In this document: positions 58,524-64,000 of the stretch, piece after piece
How the letters are laid out: each line of letters starts with the position of its first letter
Numbering within the stretch: the first letter of the stretch is position 1
Assembly: GCA_000002435.2 (NCBI GenBank)
Contig: CM018792.1
Source: Giardia intestinalis
Lineage: Eukaryota
DNA length: 64,000 bases
Direction: 5' to 3' (one strand)
Notes under the pieces: model-generated
The model's input: the letters and a program-made list of their open reading frames with translations, nothing else
Databases searched by the model: none
What the model was told of the DNA's origin: nothing
Made by a program: the position numbers and the translations under genes

Positions 58524-59534
58524 CTACTTAAACAGGTTTCCGCGTACCATCTTCAAATACTTGCTGTCTGGCCTTTTAAGAGGCGTAATAAAGTTTTCCA
58601 ACTTCTTATGTATCTTTTTGGTGTCAACTGTACGATCTTTGTTAATGAGTCTGTCCCGTCGTGGCCTGGTGCTTGCCTTTTTTGCTTGCAGCCTCTTCAG
58701 TTGCTCCATGACTACCATGGGGTTGGATGCACTGCCAGATTGCATCACATCTTGGCAGAGAGTAACGAGAAAATCCGAGTCGCAGAAGCAACCTCGCCAT
58801 ATCTCTGGTGCGCGCTTCTCGCGGGTAGAGGTATCTTTCTTGCTAGGGGTTTGGTTCATTGCGTCTTCCCCTTCGAGCAGTGATATTGGCCTCTTTGGTG
58901 CCTTCTCGTGTTCAGGGAGACAATCAGAATACTCAGACTGGTTTGAATGCTCGTCATCATTTGTATCTTTATTGGGGAATGCGCTAACGGTTGTATATGG
59001 AGTTGGAACGCCCAACGGAATAATCCCTCTCAGATTTGTATGTATTCGTCGTGCATATCTCTCCATATCCTGCAATAAGTAGCTTATTTGTCCGCCTATT
59101 GATTGATTTATTACAACTAACTTGTCTGTCTGATCAATGGAGGAGAGCCCTCCGTGTATCGTTTCCAGAAAGGACGTCATTGTCGGTAGAAATTCATCGG
59201 ACGGTGAGTCACCGAGGGTAGGCTCAAACCAGGGTCGATCCTCCAAGAGTTTCACTGTACTAGCTTCCATTTCTCTCACAGTGTTGTTTAATCCAATGAT
59301 AACCTTTGACAGCTGAGAGGCCTTTTCACCTGTGCTTGCAATTGCTTCACTAAGCTCAGCATTGGCCTGAAATAATGGAAGAGACCCGCTGTCCGGCAGC
59401 AAAGACACCTGCTCAAGAATCTTTTCAAAATTAATTCTTAGTCCTACAAGCTCATTGAGAAGTGTATATTGCTTGTAAACTTCCTTTGCTTGGGCCAATT
59501 TCTGTTCCGACCCATCGTCTTCAAATAACTGCAT
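58524..59534 (-). CDS. Hypothetical protein
   Basis: 336-aa ORF with ATG verified at 59532-59534 and an AT-rich upstream region (caaaaataa). No recognisable domain. Confidence 0.4.
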   Translation of the reverse strand: MQLFEDDGSEQKLAQAKEVYKQYTLLNELVGLRINFEKILEQVSLLPDSGSLPLFQANAELSEAIASTGEKASQLSKVIIGLNNTVREMEASTVKLLEDRPWFEPTLGDSPSDEFLPTMTSFLETIHGGLSSIDQTDKLVVINQSIGGQISYLLQDMERYARRIHTNLRGIIPLGVPTPYTTVSAFPNKDTNDDEHSNQSEYSDCLPEHEKAPKRPISLLEGEDAMNQTPSKKDTSTREKRAPEIWRGCFCDSDFLVTLCQDVMQSGSASNPMVVMEQLKRLQAKKASTRPRRDRLINKDRTVDTKKIHKKLENFITPLKRPDSKYLKMVRGNLFK

Positions 59535-60021
59535 TTATTTTTGAGTCGAGGATTTGCTTTGTTTTAGCAGTCTGTTCCCTTCAACTCACAAGAGGCAGGT
59601 ACTGTTGTAGCTTCTCTTGTTGAGCAAATGTGCGGCAGCATGGCTTTTGTCAATGGTCTATACAGCTCAGCGGCAGAGCCACCCTCTCTGAGACGACCTG
59701 TATAAAGAGCGAGAGCAATAACAAAGCATCAGGATAGCGATCACTAGCCAAGTGTGGTAGAACACGTGATAGTTACAGGCATCACATACAAGAAGGCTGT
59801 GGGCACTATGGTGGAGGACAACACTCAATACTCCAGAGTTGGATGCCACAGCGCCCTAAGTACTGGTAGAGATGCGATCTGACAGTCGGCACTCTCCACT
59901 GGGCACGTACTGGATAGCCTTCTGAGATGAAAGTTGATGATAATCGAGATTGACTAGTGACCCCAAAAACAGAGCTTGTTCACCAGAAGAGTACAACGTC
60001 AGCAGAATCCTATCAGGATTT

Positions 60022-62094
60022 ATGCTACACCACAGCCTTTCTACTGATACCCCTGTTCGTGGCGAGCACCATCGCAGTGACCTGCCAGCAAGACGGGAAC
60101 CATACAGCGACCTGCGCACAGAATAAGTGCGAGACGGTCGGGGCCACCGAGATCTGCACCCAGTGCAGGGCCGGGGCGTCCCGGTCGACGGCTTCTGCCG
60201 GCCCCCCGGCTCCCCCCAGGCCGCGGCAGCCGGGTGCACCAAGGAAGACGGGACTGCCCTCGACAAGACGGCAGCCACCTGCGGGAAGTGCGGCGACGGG
60301 TACTTCCTCTTCATGGGCGGGTGCTACAACAAGGATGCACACCCTGGCAGTGACATATGCACACAGGCTGAGGGAGGACTGTGCACTGAGTGTAATACAA
60401 AGAACGGCCTGTTCAAGAACCCGGCTGCAGCACCGAAGCCTGGTAATGAGTGCATTCTGTGCTGGGACACGGTGGGAGATGGCGCGACAAAGGGAGTAGA
60501 GAACTGCGCCACATGTACAGCACCGGGGAATGCAGGAGTAGCTACATGTGATACCTGTCAAGATGGATACTACAAGGACTCTCTGGTATGTATGCAGTGT
60601 GATCAGTCTTGTCTGACCTGCGATGGAAGTGGTCCGAATCAGTGCACCTCTTGTAAGGAGGGGAAGTACCTGAAAGGGACTGAGTGTGTAGACAAAGGTA
60701 CGTGTAAGACTGACTACTACCCCGATGACACTAGCATGACCTGCGTTGCCTGTAGCACCATACAAGATTGCACAGCATGCACAATGGACCAGTCCACGGG
60801 GAAGCCAAAGTGCACTAACTGCGGTAGTCAGAAGATCCCCAGGACGACCCTCGACGGGACCTCGACCTGTGTGGAAAATTCTTATGCTGGGTGTCAAGGC
60901 ACAGACAAGGAGCTGTTCATGAAGGAGGACCAACCGGAGTGCCTGCTGTGTGGAGATGCTACAACGGGAACAGATCCGAAAGATAAAGGCGTCGCTAATT
61001 GTAGGACATGCACTAAAGCCAGCGCTACTGGAGCCGCACCGGTCTGTGAGACATGCAAGGAAGGATACATTAAGAATGGAAATGGTGCGGGCGCCACGTG
61101 TGAGGCTTGTCATCAGAACTGTGCCACATGTTCTGAAGCTACGACAGAAAATAAGTGCCTGACCTGCAAAGAGGGGTTCTTCCTGGCCGGCACCGGCGAA
61201 GGAAAGTGCATCTCGTGCGAGAATGGTAATGATAGTGGCTACAGCGGGCTTGCAGGATGCCTCTCTTGCACAGCCCCAGCCGCCCCGGGCCCGGCCAGCT
61301 GCAACCGCTGCAAGATCGGCTACACGCTACAGGGAACAACGTGTGTGAAGACCTGCGAGGATGAGACTGCCTGTGGGGGGACCTCTGGGGCCTGTGATGC
61401 CATAGTGATCGGTGCCAATGGAAAGGAGCTTCACTACTGTTCCTATTGTGGAGAGGCTAATAAGTATCCTATCAACGGTGTCTGTGTTAGTACTGGTAAT
61501 GAAAATGGGAATACTTGTGCTAAAGGTGTATGTACACAGTGCACTACGGGATACTTTATGTACATGGGAGGCTGTTATAAGGTGACAGAGGTGCCGGGTA
61601 AGTCCATGTGCACAAAGGCAGGCGATGGTGTCTGCACAGAGGCGGCAGCCGGGTACTTCATCCCTCCCTCGCCCACCAAGGACAAGCAGTCCGTGTTGGC
61701 ATGTAGTAACCCCCTTGGTGTCGAGCTGGCTGGTCAGAAGGCATACGTGGGGGTGGATGGCTGTTCACAGTGTACAGCCCCAACAGCTCCATCTGATGCT
61801 GGCATGACCCCCGCTGTGTGTACCTCCTGTGACAGTGATAGGAAGCCCAACAAGGATGGCAGTGGGTGTGTGCTGTGCTCTGTGGGTGGTTGCAAGAGCT
61901 GTGTGATGGATGATGTGTGTGGGGAGTGCAGTGATGGGTACAGTCTGGAGGGTGGTAAGTGTGTGTCCTCTGGCGCCAACAGGAGCGGGCTGTCTACTGG
62001 CGCCATCGCGGGGATCTCCGTCGCTGTGGTCGCTGTCGTGGGGGGCCTCGTGGGCTTCCTCTGCTGGTGGTTCCTGTGTAGGGGGAAGGCGTGA
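60022..62094 (+). pseudogene. Variant-specific surface protein (VSP) with two compensating frameshifts in the 5' region (pseudogene or sequence error)
   Basis: The ATG at 60022 and the VSP body (60127-62094, ending ...GGLVGFLCWWFLCRGKA*) are in frame 0. The signal peptide and first CXXC module (..CYTTAFLLIPLFVASTIAVTCQQDGNHTATCAQNKCETVGATEICTQCRAG) are encoded in frame +1 from about 60025 to about 60200. Frame 0 hits TAA at about 60118, and the frame returns to 0 in the C/G homopolymer run gccggccccccggctcccccc (about 60195-60215). The C-terminal 165 aa are nearly identical to the VSP fragment at 19378-21147. Confidence 0.6.
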
Positions 62095-62108
62095 CTCAGG
62101 TAGTGAAC
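62094..62108 (+). promoter_or_regulatory. VSP extended polyadenylation signal (ACTCAGGTAGTGAAC)
   Basis: Directly follows the TGA stop. Matches ACTYAGRTAGTRAAY. Confidence 0.6.
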
Positions 62109-62367
62109 GCTCCGTTGGTTGTTAGTGCTCAGTGAGCGTCTGCTGTCCATCCACCCAGTACTGTTCTGAGGGCAGTGTGCGCTGGGAGCGGTCTCCAGGG
62201 CCCTCCCGGCCGGGCGGCGCGACTCGTGCTGGCGTGCAACTATAAAAATAGAGAACAACTGTACCATGATATAGCTAAACAGCCACAATCTCTTACTAAC
62301 TACAGGAAGCACGACCATTGCAATTCCTTTACAAAAGTCTAGCTTCAGATAAAGGATGCTTATATCT

Positions 62368-63705
62368 TCAGGTAGGCATAGACAGGTGAGCAAATATAGT
62401 ATTAAGGAAAGTACTACAAACAGTGCTCTTTACAGATGTAGCGGCATGTAGTGCCAACCTTAAAGTCTTCTCGGTGCCCTCCAATGAAAGAAGCTCACAA
62501 AGGCTGCATTTGTTATCAAGGTAAGCACACCATACAAGGGCTGTCCATCCATTCTTATCTGGTATACCCGCTGCGTAAGGTAATAGGAGTCGTATTGCAT
62601 GTAAGTCCCCTGTAAAAGCTGCGATGTGCAAAGGCGTAAAATGCATCAGCGTATCCTGAAGCATAGCCTCGTAAGGCGCAAGTAATTCTATTATTTCGTG
62701 TCGATGCAGAGAGACTGCTAAGTGGAGGGCTGTGATGTGGCTTAGTAAGTGACCACAGATGGTGACCGAGGAAGCTAGACGCATTCTAGCCTCATAGATC
62801 CGCAGCTTTTCAACAGCAGGAGCACAATTCTTCAGTACTGCTATAAATAAAGCCGTGTGCCCATTTCTGGCCACAAAGCGTGTCGTACTGTAATCAACAC
62901 ATAGAGTGTTCCTTGAAGCATCAGAGCAACCACCTTCAGAAATGGTTTGCATCAAGGGTGTTTCCCCACAGACATCTCGCTTAAGTCCCCTGAAGTAATC
63001 AATTGCTGCTTGGACTTCCGCAATCCGAGGATTCCTGTACAGTACCTGATCTTGGCTATCGCTCTTGACCAAAGTATACTTAGATGGCCGAAATGCAAAG
63101 TCAAGAATTAGCTCTTCTCCTGTCGGCGAAAATGATGTGCTCTTTTTAGATAGGTACCTCCGGACAAGGTCTCGCTCCTTAGTAGCAGAAGCATGGGCCA
63201 GGAACATGCTTTGTAATATAGATGCCAACTTATCTAGAAGGAGCCTACCATATACTGCGCGTGTCTCTATGCGGTTGGATCTGAGAGCAGGGAGGCATCT
63301 TAACCCTTGTATCAGTGATATCGATGAATATCCATAGTCATCCACAGCAATCAAGGAGGCAGAGAGGCAATCGGTAAGCATCGCGAAAACGTCAGGATCG
63401 TCTGTGATCGTAAATAAGTACGTAGCGAGCCCCAAAAGATCAAGAAACACGGAGTAGATGAGCAGCTTTGAAATGGGACAAATAGTAAGGGCTGCCTCAT
63501 CAATAATATCCTGGAGAGAAACAGAGTGCTTCTTTTCAATCTCGCAAACAGCCATGTCCTGCACAAATTTAACACTGAGTATCCTGTTTAGACATTTATG
63601 GTTCAACCCCATTAGTAGTCGCAGGCGCCGGCACAGGTCCATCGACTGTGTTAAGTCCTCAGAAGAACAAGAAACTAAAGGAATAATTTGCAGATCTTGC
63701 GGCAT
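62368..63705 (-). CDS. Ankyrin-repeat protein (Giardia 'protein 21.1'-like; possible degenerate NEK-kinase-like N-terminus)
   Basis: Track start is GTG; ATG at 63703-63705 (MPQDLQIIPLV...). C-terminal half has ankyrin repeats (GHTALFIAVLKN..., TALHLAVSLHRHEIIELL, TPLHIAAFTGDLHAIRLLL, GWTALVWCAYL). Confidence 0.5.
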   Translation of the reverse strand: MPQDLQIIPLVSCSSEDLTQSMDLCRRLRLLMGLNHKCLNRILSVKFVQDMAVCEIEKKHSVSLQDIIDEAALTICPISKLLIYSVFLDLLGLATYLFTITDDPDVFAMLTDCLSASLIAVDDYGYSSISLIQGLRCLPALRSNRIETRAVYGRLLLDKLASILQSMFLAHASATKERDLVRRYLSKKSTSFSPTGEELILDFAFRPSKYTLVKSDSQDQVLYRNPRIAEVQAAIDYFRGLKRDVCGETPLMQTISEGGCSDASRNTLCVDYSTTRFVARNGHTALFIAVLKNCAPAVEKLRIYEARMRLASSVTICGHLLSHITALHLAVSLHRHEIIELLAPYEAMLQDTLMHFTPLHIAAFTGDLHAIRLLLPYAAGIPDKNGWTALVWCAYLDNKCSLCELLSLEGTEKTLRLALHAATSVKSTVCSTFLNTIFAHLSMPT

Positions 63706-63742
63706 CTTCACCACAGCAGCGGAATTTGGGTCTAAGAAGCAA

Positions 63743-64000
63743 TCAATTTTTAGCTGAATTGTCCGACTGCAGCAGCTTTATTTCATACTCGGGCTCATAG
63801 CCTCTTACCGTCAGGGCCGCCAAGAGGTGAGCGGAAAACTCTGCTGCAGTGGTGACGCAGGAGGTGCTAAAGACGCCTTGGCCAGCAACATTTAAAACCA
63901 GTTGGACACCTCCACGGGTCACCGATAACAGGGGATATTGCTCGGGAGAATACTCTATCACGAAGTCGGGGTCAGCTAGCGTTGCTATGTCCCAGTGACA
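63743..64000 (-). CDS. 3' portion of a gene continuing beyond the window end (hypothetical protein)
   Basis: The reading frame is open from the window edge (..CHWDIATLADPDFVIEYSPEQYPLL...SDNSAKN*). The track 'start' at 63961 is GTG, so the true start lies beyond 64000. Confidence 0.35.
   Translation of the reverse strand, partial: CHWDIATLADPDFVIEYSPEQYPLLSVTRGGVQLVLNVAGQGVFSTSCVTTAAEFSAHLLAALTVRGYEPEYEIKLLQSDNSAKN

Noticed and set aside
59957-60499. 180-aa ORF-track entry 'MTPKTELVHQKSTT...' upstream of the VSP
   Set aside because: The start is GTG, not ATG. Only its middle (signal peptide plus first CXXC module) is meaningful. It is the out-of-frame 5' part of the frameshifted VSP, not an independent gene.
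62270-62310. ACTAACTACAG motif resembling the Giardia intron branch/acceptor, 25 bp after an ATG with an AT-rich tataaaaata upstream
   Set aside because: There is no GT (GTATGT) donor after the ATG (sequence is ATGATATAG...). The hypothetical spliced product would be only about 27 aa. It lies in the convergent 3' flanks of two genes. This is probably coincidence.
1-64000. Prokaryotic-style systems (defence islands, CRISPR, operons, mobile elements)
   Set aside because: The sequence is eukaryotic (Giardia): eukaryotic tRNAs, a spliceosomal intron, VSPs, histone/chromatin and cytoskeletal genes. No CRISPR-like repeats, transposase, RT or integrase genes are visible. The only repeats are the in-gene VSP tandem array and the VSP paralog duplication.

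Overview
This window is a gene-dense nuclear segment of a diplomonad, almost certainly Giardia intestinalis (lamblia). It is not prokaryotic. Three lines of evidence support this: (1) three cysteine-rich CXXC-repeat surface proteins end in the invariant Giardia VSP tail ...GGLVGFLCWWFLCRGKA, and each is followed by the VSP-type extended polyadenylation signal ACT(C/T)AGGTAGT(G/A)AA(T/C); (2) ATG starts are immediately preceded by short AT-rich initiator tracts, and intergenic spacers are often only 30-150 bp; (3) the one spliceosomal intron found has the Giardia-specific GTATGT...ACCTAACACACAG consensus. The ORF track was built with bacterial-style start codons (several 'M' starts are really GTG/TTG), so I re-anchored starts to the first plausible ATG where I could check them. 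Content: about 35 protein-coding genes, including tandem Sir2 deacetylases, FACT/SPT16, a PP2A-like phosphatase, a gamma-tubulin complex protein, RPF2/Brix, RidA, UTP11, an SGF29-like tudor protein, an MRG/Eaf3-like protein, TBCD, Derlin, DeoC, separase, a kinesin, and Tctex-1 and roadblock dynein light chains. There are three tRNAs: Phe-GAA, Ser-CGA and Ile-UAU. A VSP cluster contains a full VSP with about eleven perfect 195-bp (65-aa) tandem repeats, a 5'-truncated VSP fragment starting 40 bp after it, and a distant inverted, frameshifted VSP paralog. No prokaryotic defence or mobile-element system is present. The most notable points are the intron placed directly after the ATG of the roadblock gene, the VSP repeat and duplication architecture, and an unusual 3-kb ORF-free tract.
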